Positions 9,692 to 19,032 of a stretch of 58,902 nt of DNA are shown one piece after another. Within the stretch, counting starts at the first letter, position 1; each line of letters starts with the position of its first letter. Both the position numbers and the translations under genes were made by a program. The notes beneath the pieces are model-generated. The model was given only the letters and a program-made list of their open reading frames with translations, ran no database searches and had not been told where the DNA came from. Source of the stretch: an uncultured Candidatus Peribacteria bacterium (GTDB lineage: Bacteria; Patescibacteriota; Gracilibacteria; UBA1369; GCA-2718715); NCBI GenBank assembly GCA_964451705.1, contig CAYVIV010000003.1, positions 1 through 58,902 of the forward strand, in the 5' to 3' direction.

Positions 9692-10674
9692 TAGTCTTGT
9701 ATTACTTGATTAACCCAGTTTTGATTGTCTTTATACCAATCAAAAGTCATCTGTATGCCCTTTTCAAAAGGCACTTTAGGTTCCCATCCAAGCTCATTTT
9801 TAATTAAGCTTGCATCTATGGCATATCTTCTATCATGAGCCTTTCTGTCTTCGACATGGGTAATTAAATCAGCTGGTTTGCCTAAAAACTCTAAAATATA
9901 TGCAGTGATATCCATATTAGAGCGCTCATTATTGCCTCCAATATTATATATACTGCCAGGTTTTGCTTTTTCTAGTATTAAATCCAAGGCCTCGCAGTGA
10001 TCTAAAACATACAACCAATCTCGAACATAGTTACCATCCCCATAAATAGGTAAAGATTTATCTTCGGAAGCTAACTTGAAAAACAAAGGGACGAGCTTTT
10101 CTGGATATTGGTAAGGACCATAATTGTTCGAGCAGCGAGATATTGTCGCATACATGCCATAAGTTTCAAAGTATGAACGCACCAACAAATCTGCAGAGGT
10201 TTTAGCGGCTGCATATGGGCAGTTGGGAGCTAGGGGAGTAGTTTCTGTCATTAAATTTGTAGAGCCCTCACCCAGGTCACCATAAACTTCGTCAGTAGAG
10301 ACCTGATGGTATCTTTTAACATCTGTAGCAAGGCTAGCTGCCAGTAAGTTATGGGTACCAACAATATTAGTTAAAATAAAAGGACTAGGGTCCTCAATAG
10401 ATCTGTCGACATGAGTTTCGGCTGCAAAGTTTATCACACAGTCAAATTTATGTTTCTTAAAGTAATTCATAAGAAAGTCACTATCAGATATATCACCTTG
10501 AGTGAATACAAGCTTTTTATCATCAATCAAATCCTGGATAGATGGCAGATGTCCGGCATAAGTAAGCTTATCCAAAACAAACACCTGCGATTCTGGATGG
10601 TTTTGAACATAATAATGCACGAAATTTGATCCAATAAAACCAGCACCTCCTGTAATTAATATTCTAGGAAACAT
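9691..10674 (-). CDS. rfbB: dTDP-glucose 4,6-dehydratase
   Basis: ILITGGAGFIGSNFVHY, STDEVYG and YAAAK (catalytic YxxxK); 327 aa. Confidence 0.9.
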   Translation of the reverse strand: MFPRILITGGAGFIGSNFVHYYVQNHPESQVFVLDKLTYAGHLPSIQDLIDDKKLVFTQGDISDSDFLMNYFKKHKFDCVINFAAETHVDRSIEDPSPFILTNIVGTHNLLAASLATDVKRYHQVSTDEVYGDLGEGSTNLMTETTPLAPNCPYAAAKTSADLLVRSYFETYGMYATISRCSNNYGPYQYPEKLVPLFFKLASEDKSLPIYGDGNYVRDWLYVLDHCEALDLILEKAKPGSIYNIGGNNERSNMDITAYILEFLGKPADLITHVEDRKAHDRRYAIDASLIKNELGWEPKVPFEKGIQMTFDWYKDNQNWVNQVIQD

Positions 10675-11056
10675 ATTCTAAAAAGTTATCAAAGTCTTCT
10701 ATATAGTCACTTCTGTCGGGATTATAATTAGTCGAGCTAAAACATAACAACACAGAATCTTTAGAAAATTCTATAAATTCATGCCAAACTTTTTCTGCAA
10801 TATAGTATCCTTGTTTGTTTGGAGTCATTTGAATTAATTTTTCACTTAAACCATCATGTATTTTCATAGTCATTGTACCATGAACTAAGACAAAAAACTC
10901 CTTTTCTGAAATGTGACAATGTCCACCTCTATCTAATAAATTATCATAAGCCCAGTACACTCGTTTGACTTCGAATGGGACCAGGTCCTTAAATTCAACA
11001 GCTGCAAGTGAGCCCTTAGCAGTTGTGTGATTTGGTATATCGATAGTTTTAAACAT
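10664..11056 (-). CDS. WxcM/FdtA-like cupin (dTDP-4-keto-6-deoxyhexose 3,4-ketoisomerase-like)
   Basis: 130 aa. KGSLAAVEFKDLVPFEVKRVYWAYD...RGGHCH...VWHEF..FS.DSVLLCFSS..Y...DYIEDFDNF parallels the FdtA pattern (RGSLvaiE..iPF.iKRvYyi.d...RG.HAH...vWHem..fs...v..vlaS..Y...DYIr.yd.F). It is too short for RmlC and lacks RmlC motifs. Confidence 0.7.
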   Translation of the reverse strand: MFKTIDIPNHTTAKGSLAAVEFKDLVPFEVKRVYWAYDNLLDRGGHCHISEKEFFVLVHGTMTMKIHDGLSEKLIQMTPNKQGYYIAEKVWHEFIEFSKDSVLLCFSSTNYNPDRSDYIEDFDNFLEYVS

Positions 11057-11064
11057 ACTAAAAA

Positions 11065-13119
11065 TTAAAGTGTTCTCTCGCGCATTTCAATTTCGTAAGC
11101 ATGTAAAACCATGCCCTCTTCTAATGTTACATTTCCTGTGAACTTGATACCACACTCATTAGGTGCTTTTACTTCGTCTGCAGGTTCTTTAGCCTTCTTT
11201 AAAGATATAATTTTACCCTCGCCTACAAGTTCTTCGTCTTTATAAACATCCAGCTTGGCAGTCTTTTTGAGTAAACCATTAGTGATTTTAAGGCCGACAA
11301 TCATTTCCTTACGTTTAGTAAAGAAAATTGCTCGAACCTCTGCCTTACCTAAATCAGTTCTAACTTCTTCTGGTTCTAACATTCCACTTAGAAAGCGAGT
11401 AATGTCATCTATCAATTCATATATAATTTTATAATTTCTAACCTCAACATTTCTTTGCTCTGCAATCCTCTGGACATTTGAGTCCATAGATGTATGGAAA
11501 CCAAGTACTAGCGCGCCAGAGGCAGCAGCCATTGCTATATCTGTTTGAGTTATAGTTCCTACTCCATGGTGAATAATTTTAGCTGTCACTTCGGCATGTT
11601 GTATTTTGGCTAAACTTTGGCTTATAGCATCAAAAGAACCCTTAGTATCAGTTTTCAAAATTAATTTGAGAACTTTCAGATCTCCAGATTTAATTCGAGA
11701 AACAATCTCTGATAAATTAGAGGCAGAAGTTAAACTTTCATTTTTTCTAACCTGAGAAATATTATCAGCCTTTAATCTAGCAGTTTTCTCAGAGTTACAG
11801 ACCTGTAAAATATCTCCTGCAAAGGGTGTTTTAGACAATCCAGATAACAATGCCGGAGCAGACGGAGGTAATTTAGGCAATTTCTTGCCAGCATTCGAAG
11901 TTAAGGACTTTACTCGACCATAAGCATCTCCGACTACAAAAGTCTGACCAATTTTTAATGTTCCCGCATTCACAACTATAGTTGCTACTGGACCCAAACC
12001 TGGATCCACATGAGTTTCTACAACTGTAGCTACAGCAGGTCTGGTAGGGTTAGCCTTGTAATCATTAACCTCGGACAAAAGCAAAATAGTATCCAAGAGT
12101 TTATCGACTCCTTCTCCTGTTAAAGCAGATACTGGTACCATCATGGTCTCTCCACCCCAATCTTCTGGAATTAGTTCATACTCTGCTAATTCTGATTTGA
12201 CTTTATCTGGATTAGCATTAGGCAGATCCATTTTGTTAATTGCAACAATAATTGGAACTCCAGCATCTTTTGCATGGTTAATCGCCTCTATCGTAGTTGG
12301 TTTAACACCCTCAGTGGCTGCTACAACTAATATAGCAATGTCTGTAAGTCTGGCACCGCGGGAACGCATTTCTGTAAAAGCCTCATGCCCAGGGGTGTCT
12401 AAAAAGGTAATTTTTGATTTGTTGTGTTCAATTTGATAAGCAGCAATGTGTTGGGTGATCCCACCAGATTCGGAGTCAACTACATTGGTACTTCTAATAG
12501 TGTCTAAGAGTTTAGTTTTACCATGATCTACATGGCCCATAATTGTAATAATTGGTGGGCGAGATTTTAAGTCCTCTGGCTCATCTCCAGCTAAAATTTG
12601 CGAAATATCTTGAGTCATAAGGTCTGCAAAAGAACTGCTACTAGCAATCTTCTTTACTACAATGTCAAATTCTGACAGGATCAAAGCTACAGTATCATAG
12701 TCTAATTTTTGGTTAATGTTAGCCAAAATACCATTTTTCATTAACTCACCAATTAATTTAGCTGCATTTATACCAGTTTTTTCAGATAGTTCCTTTACTG
12801 AAATACTTTCAGCAATTTCTAACTGGTTAGTTTTAAACTCCTCGGTATCTGCATCTGAAGTTTTTTGATTAGTTTTACCAGCCACCTGTTTACGCTGGGT
12901 TTTGACAATCTCTCTTTCCAACCCTTCTTCAACTTTTTCTACCAAGGCTTCCACAGAAGACTTCTTAGTGCCGAGTTCACCCTCTAGCAGTTCTGCAACG
13001 TCATCCTCTATAGAGTCAGAATCTGGATTCCAATCTAAATCATATTTTTTAAGCATGCTCTGTAACTCAGACACACTACTGTTTAATTCTTCGGCTAAAT
13101 CAGAAAGTAAAACTACCAT
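11065..13119 (-). CDS. infB: translation initiation factor IF-2
   Basis: GTPase motifs GHVDHGKTKLLD, DTPGHEAF and NKMD, with IF-2 domain order; 684 aa. Confidence 0.95.
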   Translation of the reverse strand: MVVLLSDLAEELNSSVSELQSMLKKYDLDWNPDSDSIEDDVAELLEGELGTKKSSVEALVEKVEEGLEREIVKTQRKQVAGKTNQKTSDADTEEFKTNQLEIAESISVKELSEKTGINAAKLIGELMKNGILANINQKLDYDTVALILSEFDIVVKKIASSSSFADLMTQDISQILAGDEPEDLKSRPPIITIMGHVDHGKTKLLDTIRSTNVVDSESGGITQHIAAYQIEHNKSKITFLDTPGHEAFTEMRSRGARLTDIAILVVAATEGVKPTTIEAINHAKDAGVPIIVAINKMDLPNANPDKVKSELAEYELIPEDWGGETMMVPVSALTGEGVDKLLDTILLLSEVNDYKANPTRPAVATVVETHVDPGLGPVATIVVNAGTLKIGQTFVVGDAYGRVKSLTSNAGKKLPKLPPSAPALLSGLSKTPFAGDILQVCNSEKTARLKADNISQVRKNESLTSASNLSEIVSRIKSGDLKVLKLILKTDTKGSFDAISQSLAKIQHAEVTAKIIHHGVGTITQTDIAMAAASGALVLGFHTSMDSNVQRIAEQRNVEVRNYKIIYELIDDITRFLSGMLEPEEVRTDLGKAEVRAIFFTKRKEMIVGLKITNGLLKKTAKLDVYKDEELVGEGKIISLKKAKEPADEVKAPNECGIKFTGNVTLEEGMVLHAYEIEMRERTL

Positions 13120-13143
13120 TAGACTAATTAAATATCGTTATTT

Positions 13144-13172
13144 ATTCTAATGATCACAAAGCAGTTTGTAAA
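13144..13172 (-). promoter_or_regulatory. candidate promoter for infB (TTTACA-N17-TAGAAT)
   Basis: On the reverse strand, TTTACA is at 13172..13167, followed by a 17-nt spacer and TAGAAT at 13149..13144. This is about 25 nt upstream of the infB ATG at 13119. Confidence 0.4.
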
Positions 13173-13173
13173 G

Positions 13174-13200
13174 AAAAAAGCCATCCTGGGATGGCTTTTA
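13174..13200 (-). terminator. rho-independent terminator after rpsA
   Basis: gccatcc / ggatggc stem extended by A/T pairs. On the reverse strand it is followed by a T-run (complement of a74..a79). It lies 20 nt downstream of the rpsA stop. Confidence 0.6.
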
Positions 13201-13219
13201 AAAAAACAAAAGGTAGTAA

Positions 13220-14638
13220 TTAAGCAGCAAGTATTTTCTTTACAGAGGCAGCTGTCAGACCATCTATTTTTGTTAGTTGTTCTTCGGACATTGCCTTAAG
13301 GTCATTAACATTTGTAATACCAGCAGCTTCGAGGGCCTTTTGAGCCGCCTTCGATAACTTCAAATCATCAAAAGATTGCTTTTGTGTTGCCTCTGGAGCT
13401 TTATCAGCTGGCTCTTGAGACACTTCCTCAGTGACTTCCTCGGCTTTGGCTTCTGTTTTTTGTTTTTTAGGCTCAGCATTAGTCTCTATAGTTTCTTTAG
13501 CTTTTTCCTTACCTTCTTCTACAGGAATTTCTGGAAGTTTTTGGTCTTTATTCAAATGTGCATCTAGCAGTGTCAAACCGATTCTGTGGTTGTCTTTGTC
13601 AACATGTAATATCTTTGAAACTATTTTTTCTCCGACTTCTATTTTCAAGTCCTCTGAGTCCTTTACCCTAGGGTCATTAATCTCAGAAATATGAATTAGA
13701 CCATTGATATCATCCGAAATGTTCACAAATGCTCCATATTCTGTTATACGAGAAATCCTACCTTTAATCTCCATTCCTGGTGTATAGGCTTTAGCTATCT
13801 CTTCCCAGGGGTTCTCTATCATTTTCTTTAACGATAAAGAGATCTTATCTCCTTCAATCCCAATGACCTTAACTTCAATTTTGTCACCAAGTTTTCCATA
13901 GTGAGATGGATTGTCTACGTGTCCCCAGGCTATTTCAGAAATATGGACCAGACCTTCTAAACCATTAAATGTTACAAAGATACCAAAATTCACCACTCCT
14001 GAAATTTCACCAGTTACAACTTGTCCAATTTCAACTGTTCCTAGGGCTTTCTTTCTTTGCTCATAGTAAGCAGCTTTTTCAGATAAGATTAGTTTTCTAG
14101 TGTCGTGATCTGCATTTATAACTCGTACAAGGATATCCTGACCAACAAGTTTATTTAAGCGGCCAAGAATTTTAGCACTATCAGCGCCATTTACACGTGG
14201 ATAATGCTTAGGTGCCAATTGACTTACTGGCAAGAAACCTTTAATGCCATCAACCTCAACAAGGAGTCCACCTTTATTGGCATCTGTTACTCTAACATCG
14301 ATAGATTCCTTATTGTCATGGATATCAACAAACTTCTTCCATGTTTTATGCTGAGAAGCACGTCTGAGGGATAGAACAATTAAACCTTCATCATTTTCTG
14401 GCTCTAAAACAAAAGCTGAAACTTCGTCTCCTGGAGTAAGTGATTTAACAGTATCACTACTATCAACTGCTTCTTTACCAGCTATAATACCAGTAGAAAC
14501 GCCTCCTAAATCGACCAAGACCTTGTTATTGTGTACGGTAATAACTGCACCTTCAACAATAGACCCTGGCTTAGGAAGAAAAATAGATGGAGACTCCACT
14601 ATCAATTCCTCCATTGGAATTAATTTTTTATCATTCAT
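13220..14638 (-). CDS. rpsA: 30S ribosomal protein S1 (four S1 domains) with K/E-rich spacer and C-terminal helix-hairpin-helix-like tail
   Basis: Repeated S1/OB motifs: G.IVEGAVI, GFLP.SQL, G.VVTGEISGVVNFGIFV, GLVHISE and GRISRITEYGAFV...GLIHISE. The tail is AAQKALEAAGITNVNDLKAMSEEQLTKIDGLTAASVKKILAA. Confidence 0.85.
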   Translation of the reverse strand: MNDKKLIPMEELIVESPSIFLPKPGSIVEGAVITVHNNKVLVDLGGVSTGIIAGKEAVDSSDTVKSLTPGDEVSAFVLEPENDEGLIVLSLRRASQHKTWKKFVDIHDNKESIDVRVTDANKGGLLVEVDGIKGFLPVSQLAPKHYPRVNGADSAKILGRLNKLVGQDILVRVINADHDTRKLILSEKAAYYEQRKKALGTVEIGQVVTGEISGVVNFGIFVTFNGLEGLVHISEIAWGHVDNPSHYGKLGDKIEVKVIGIEGDKISLSLKKMIENPWEEIAKAYTPGMEIKGRISRITEYGAFVNISDDINGLIHISEINDPRVKDSEDLKIEVGEKIVSKILHVDKDNHRIGLTLLDAHLNKDQKLPEIPVEEGKEKAKETIETNAEPKKQKTEAKAEEVTEEVSQEPADKAPEATQKQSFDDLKLSKAAQKALEAAGITNVNDLKAMSEEQLTKIDGLTAASVKKILAA

Positions 14639-14693
14639 AATTTAATGACTGTAACCTAGTTAATAATAATAATCTTAATAAGTATGAAGGTTA

Positions 14694-14727
14694 CAAAAAG
14701 ACACACTATATAAGATATAAGTGTGCC
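14694..14727 (-). terminator. rho-independent terminator after clpC
   Basis: The reverse strand reads ggcacact..agtgtgtc, an 8-bp stem with one G.U plus inner TATA pairs, followed by TTTTT. It lies about 35 nt downstream of the clpC stop. Confidence 0.55.
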
Positions 14728-14761
14728 AATTATACATTATAAAACTACTTAAGCAAGCGAA

Positions 14762-17317
14762 TTATTCCTTGACAGCAAATTTAAATTTAGATTTCTCAAA
14801 TGATACTTGAACCTTTTGTTTGTTTTTGAGTTTACCATCCAAGATCATATGAGTGATCGGGTCTTCTATTTCATCAGCTAAGATTCTTCTAGCGGGTCTA
14901 GCACCATATTCAGGATCGTATGATTTTTCTGCTAGTTTCTCTATTGCTGATTTTTTAAGCTCAATTTTAATTTCCTTTTCACTTAAGCGATCTTGCAAAT
15001 CCGAAACTAGTAAGCCAACTATTTCCTTTACATTATCATGTGTTAGTGGGTCAAACACAAGAATCTTATCCACACGATTTAAGAATTCAGGTCTAAAGAA
15101 ATCTCGTACATCCTTCATAATTTCTTCTTTGACATTTTCAAAGTCAGTTCTTAGGGCAGCCTCCTTCGAAGCAGCAATTTGAAAACCAATAGGTGCAGCC
15201 TTGTCTGTAAGCTTCTTGGCACCAAGGTTAGAGGTCATGACAATAATTGCATTCGTAAAATCAACCTTCTTACCTTTCGAGTCTGATAACAAACCTTCAT
15301 CCAAAATTTGAAGAAGTAAATTAAAGAAATCCGGATGCGCTTTTTCGACCTCATCAAACAAAATAACTGAGTAAGGTTTACGACGCACAGCTTCTGTTAG
15401 TTGACCACCATCTTCGTACCCAACATAACCAGCAGATGTTCCAACAAGTCTTGAAGTAGAATGCCGCTCCATAAACTCACTCATATCAATCTTAATCAAT
15501 GCCTTTGGATCATCATAAACCTCTTGAGCAATTGCCTTTACAAGCTCTGTCTTACCAACACCTGTAGGGCCTAAAAATAGAAACGAACCTATTGGGCGCC
15601 TTGCACTTGATATCCCTGCTCTCGAGCGTCGAATAGCTTTAGATATGTTAGATACTGCATCTTTTTGACCAATAATGCGCTTATGCAAAGTTTCCTCTAA
15701 GTTTTTTAGTTTTGAAAGATCAGAAGAGACCAATTTAGTTACTGGAATGCCTGTCATCTTATTAATAACGGCTGCTATATCTTCAGAATGGATTCTTTTT
15801 CTTAAATTTCTTGGGGTTTTGACAACTTTGAGCTTTTCAATTTCGTCTAAGAGTTTCACCTCCTTATCTCTAAATTCCGCTGCTTTTTCATAGCTTTGGG
15901 AGCTTACTGCAGCCTCTTTACTTTTAGTTAACTTTGCTAACTTCTTTTGTAAAACATCTAATTCATCCTTGTTATCCATCGAGGAAACTCGCTTTAAGGC
16001 ACAGGCTTCATCAATTAAGTCAATAGCTTTGTCTGGTAAAAATCTATCGGGCAAGTACCTTGCAGATAGTTTGACAGCAGATAGTATAGACTCATCTGTA
16101 ATCATTAGATTGTGATGGTCCTCAAAACTATCACGAAGGCCTTGAAGTATTAAAATAGCCTGATCTTGACTAGGTTCATCTACCTTTATCGGTTGGAATC
16201 GTCTCTCTAAAGCAGAATCAGACTCTATAGCTTTACGATACTCATCAGTAGTAGTAGCACCTATTACCTGAATTTGAGCTCGAGAGAGAGCAGGTTTTAA
16301 AATATTTGCAGCATCTAAACTACCCTCCGCACTACCAGCCCCAATAATAGTATGTAGCTCATCTATAAACAAGATCACGTTTGGCATACTCGTAGCCTCT
16401 TCAATAATTAACTTAATTCGTTCCTCGAACTCACCTCGAAATTTAGTACCAGCAATAACAGAACCAAGTGGTAAACTTAATATTTGCTTATCCTTCATTT
16501 GGTGGGGGACTGCACCCTCTACGATTTTAGTCGCTAATCCCTCTATAACAGCTGTCTTACCAACACCGGGCTCGCCAATTAAAACTGGGTTATTCTTGGT
16601 CTTTCTATTTAAAATAGAAATCACCCTTTCAAGTTCTACATCTCTTCCAATAACAGGATCGATTTTACCTTTATTAACTTGTTCATTTAAATTAATTGTA
16701 AAATAGTCTAAGGTTGGCGTTTTGCTTTTGGACTTTTTATTAGCCTTTTGCTTGTAGGGAGCTTGATTATCCTGAGATAAAACTCCATTTAAACCGTTTA
16801 AAAAGAATTCAATAGGGTTCATGTCTCCAGCTGGAGCATTAGTAGGTCCCATATTCTTCTGAAAGGCATCAATAAGTTGGTTTTGAATATGCTTTGGATT
16901 AATTTTCATATTTTCCAAAATCACTGTAGCAGCTGTATTATCTTGGGATACTAAAGAGAAAAGTAAGTGCTCCGTACCAACAAAATTATGGCCATAACGA
17001 GACGCACAACTAACTGCATTCTCAATCACTTGTTTAGCAAAGCCACTCAATGCGGCAGCTTTAGCCTTTGGCATGGAAGTGGAGCTAGCAGTAGATTTAG
17101 AGCGCCCTACTGTTTTTAGTACCAATTCAACATTGGACACAGAAACACCAAATCCATTTAGAATAGTTGCTCCCAAAGAGTTAGATTGTGACAAAATACC
17201 AAGTAAAACATGCTCAGTTCCAACATAGGATAAGTGTGCTTCTACTGACTTCTCTTGTGCATAGACTAAAGCAGCTTTAGCTTCTTGAGTGAATTTTTCG
17301 AAGTAATTTTCTTCCAT
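14762..17317 (-). CDS. clpC: ATP-dependent Clp/Hsp100 chaperone, ClpC-like
   Basis: Two Clp_N repeats and two AAA+ modules (GEPGVGKTA, GPTGVGKTE). A short middle domain carries a UVR-like YEKAAEFRDKE, and a PIGF loop is present; 851 aa. Confidence 0.9.
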   Translation of the reverse strand: MEENYFEKFTQEAKAALVYAQEKSVEAHLSYVGTEHVLLGILSQSNSLGATILNGFGVSVSNVELVLKTVGRSKSTASSTSMPKAKAAALSGFAKQVIENAVSCASRYGHNFVGTEHLLFSLVSQDNTAATVILENMKINPKHIQNQLIDAFQKNMGPTNAPAGDMNPIEFFLNGLNGVLSQDNQAPYKQKANKKSKSKTPTLDYFTINLNEQVNKGKIDPVIGRDVELERVISILNRKTKNNPVLIGEPGVGKTAVIEGLATKIVEGAVPHQMKDKQILSLPLGSVIAGTKFRGEFEERIKLIIEEATSMPNVILFIDELHTIIGAGSAEGSLDAANILKPALSRAQIQVIGATTTDEYRKAIESDSALERRFQPIKVDEPSQDQAILILQGLRDSFEDHHNLMITDESILSAVKLSARYLPDRFLPDKAIDLIDEACALKRVSSMDNKDELDVLQKKLAKLTKSKEAAVSSQSYEKAAEFRDKEVKLLDEIEKLKVVKTPRNLRKRIHSEDIAAVINKMTGIPVTKLVSSDLSKLKNLEETLHKRIIGQKDAVSNISKAIRRSRAGISSARRPIGSFLFLGPTGVGKTELVKAIAQEVYDDPKALIKIDMSEFMERHSTSRLVGTSAGYVGYEDGGQLTEAVRRKPYSVILFDEVEKAHPDFFNLLLQILDEGLLSDSKGKKVDFTNAIIVMTSNLGAKKLTDKAAPIGFQIAASKEAALRTDFENVKEEIMKDVRDFFRPEFLNRVDKILVFDPLTHDNVKEIVGLLVSDLQDRLSEKEIKIELKKSAIEKLAEKSYDPEYGARPARRILADEIEDPITHMILDGKLKNKQKVQVSFEKSKFKFAVKE

Positions 17318-17351
17318 AAATAAGGAGATTCAAATAATAAATTACAAAAAC

Positions 17352-17360
17352 ATTATAGCA
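17352..17360 (-). promoter_or_regulatory. candidate extended -10 element (TGCTATAAT) upstream of clpC
   Basis: The reverse strand reads TGCTATAAT, preceded by a T9 tract, about 35 nt upstream of the clpC ATG at 17317. No clear -35 element. Confidence 0.3.
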
Positions 17361-17392
17361 AAAAAAAACTAAAGAAAAATTAAAAAATCAAA

Positions 17393-19030
17393 TTAAAGTT
17401 CTCTAGTTGAATTTACAATATATTCAAGCGTAGCTAAACTCACATTATTTGCGCTAACTCTTAAGTATTTTCCTTTACTAGTAGCTCTTATATATGTTCC
17501 ACCATTGAAAAATAAATCATCTGAAATTCTTGAAAAAGTCTGAGTATCAAAAAAATCAATTAATTCCACTCGCAATAAAACTGATGTCATATCAGCCGAG
17601 TCAGAAAAGATGTAAGCATTAGATTCGCGTTTATAAAACCAGTCTTTAGGGTAGTGCAAACTGAATTCTAAAGGCAACGATTCAAATAGTCTAAATCCTT
17701 CCTTAAGACTATGTACATTGAAATTGTTATTATCTAAGTCTATGCTAAACACTGTTAAACTTTGATCATAGACAGGGTTTACACCAGAAATTAATTTCCA
17801 ATCCATCACCGTATCCTGTGCAAACTCTGCAACTAAACTAAAGTCTTTTGTAGTGTAAGAAAACAAAGCTCTTTTTTTGTCTAAATTCTTATCCCAATAA
17901 ATAAGATAGAAATGATTAGACTCAGTAAAGGCATATTCTACCGCAGATTCATAAGAGTTCAAAAAACTACCAGCATACAAGCTAAATCTAGCAATCACAT
18001 CTGAGTAGTTTGAATTAAGATCTGAATTATTACTATTATCACGAAGATAAGGCTCAGATCCAATTACTAATTTAGAAGTATATTCTGAGTTAGCACCTGC
18101 ACTTAAAGACCTCGATGAATCTATAGAGTCAAGATTTGTTTGTAATTGCTCATCTATAGCATGACCCTGAGAGCTTATCTGTGCACCTGACTCTAGTTCT
18201 GGGGAGGTAGATTGCTCTTGTGGTGAAAGATCTACTGTATTGTTTAACGCTGCCTCTGTATTATCTAGTAGCAATTCCTGAGCTGCAGCATCAGCTGTCA
18301 GTCCATCAGTGCTGCCTTCCAAAACAGATTGGAGGATAACTAATGAAGACAAAAAGTCATCAACTGTATTTTGCTTAGAAGATTCGAATAAAGAGACCTT
18401 GATTTCAAGAACAGAGTCATTCAGTTGCGTAATATACAGTTGTTCATAATCAGAATTAAAAAAAACATTAAAATCAGACTCTCCAATTAATAAAAAGTCA
18501 GAAGCTACATCCGTAAACTCATTAAGATAAGATTGATAGCTAGCACCATTTAGTGGCTTTTTTGAAACTAAAAAATTCGTAGAATCTAAAGTAAAAAAAA
18601 CTGAATTCTCTGACTGTTTAATCTCTAAGCCCGCTACAGCAGGAAATTTGATAGCAAGTTCAGCAAAACTATAGATTTCTAATTGCTCCTGCAACGAGGT
18701 GGGTTGTGCTGGCTCTAAGGAATCAATAGTGTTAACCATTAAAAAGTCAACATTATTGTTAGCCAAATCTAATACCTTAAAATCACCAGTAACCTTTACT
18801 CTTGTATCTACAAAGGAGGTCAAGTCATGCACAAAACTTTGTAAATAAACAACGGAATTCGCATCTGTTGTCAAAGCATAAATGTCCTCCAAGCCCTCTA
18901 GTGGCACTTGAGATTCCTGAATCATACCAATGAAACTTCGTGAAACAAAGCCCTGGTATTCATCTTTAGAATCAGAACAACCTAATATAAAAAAAACAGT
19001 AAAGAATAGAAAAAGAAATTTTTTGATCAT
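17393..19030 (-). CDS. hypothetical lipoprotein
   Basis: MIKKFLFLFFTVFFILGCSDS is a signal peptide plus a lipobox-like ILGC. The rest is S/N/D-rich and no family is recognised. Confidence 0.6.
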   Translation of the reverse strand: MIKKFLFLFFTVFFILGCSDSKDEYQGFVSRSFIGMIQESQVPLEGLEDIYALTTDANSVVYLQSFVHDLTSFVDTRVKVTGDFKVLDLANNNVDFLMVNTIDSLEPAQPTSLQEQLEIYSFAELAIKFPAVAGLEIKQSENSVFFTLDSTNFLVSKKPLNGASYQSYLNEFTDVASDFLLIGESDFNVFFNSDYEQLYITQLNDSVLEIKVSLFESSKQNTVDDFLSSLVILQSVLEGSTDGLTADAAAQELLLDNTEAALNNTVDLSPQEQSTSPELESGAQISSQGHAIDEQLQTNLDSIDSSRSLSAGANSEYTSKLVIGSEPYLRDNSNNSDLNSNYSDVIARFSLYAGSFLNSYESAVEYAFTESNHFYLIYWDKNLDKKRALFSYTTKDFSLVAEFAQDTVMDWKLISGVNPVYDQSLTVFSIDLDNNNFNVHSLKEGFRLFESLPLEFSLHYPKDWFYKRESNAYIFSDSADMTSVLLRVELIDFFDTQTFSRISDDLFFNGGTYIRATSKGKYLRVSANNVSLATLEYIVNSTREL

Positions 19031-19032
19031 TA

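Noticed and set aside
15066-15074. Perfect DnaA-box sequence TTATCCACA
   Set aside because: It is a single copy inside the clpC coding sequence. There is no cluster, no AT-rich unwinding element and no dnaA/dnaN nearby, so it is most likely chance.
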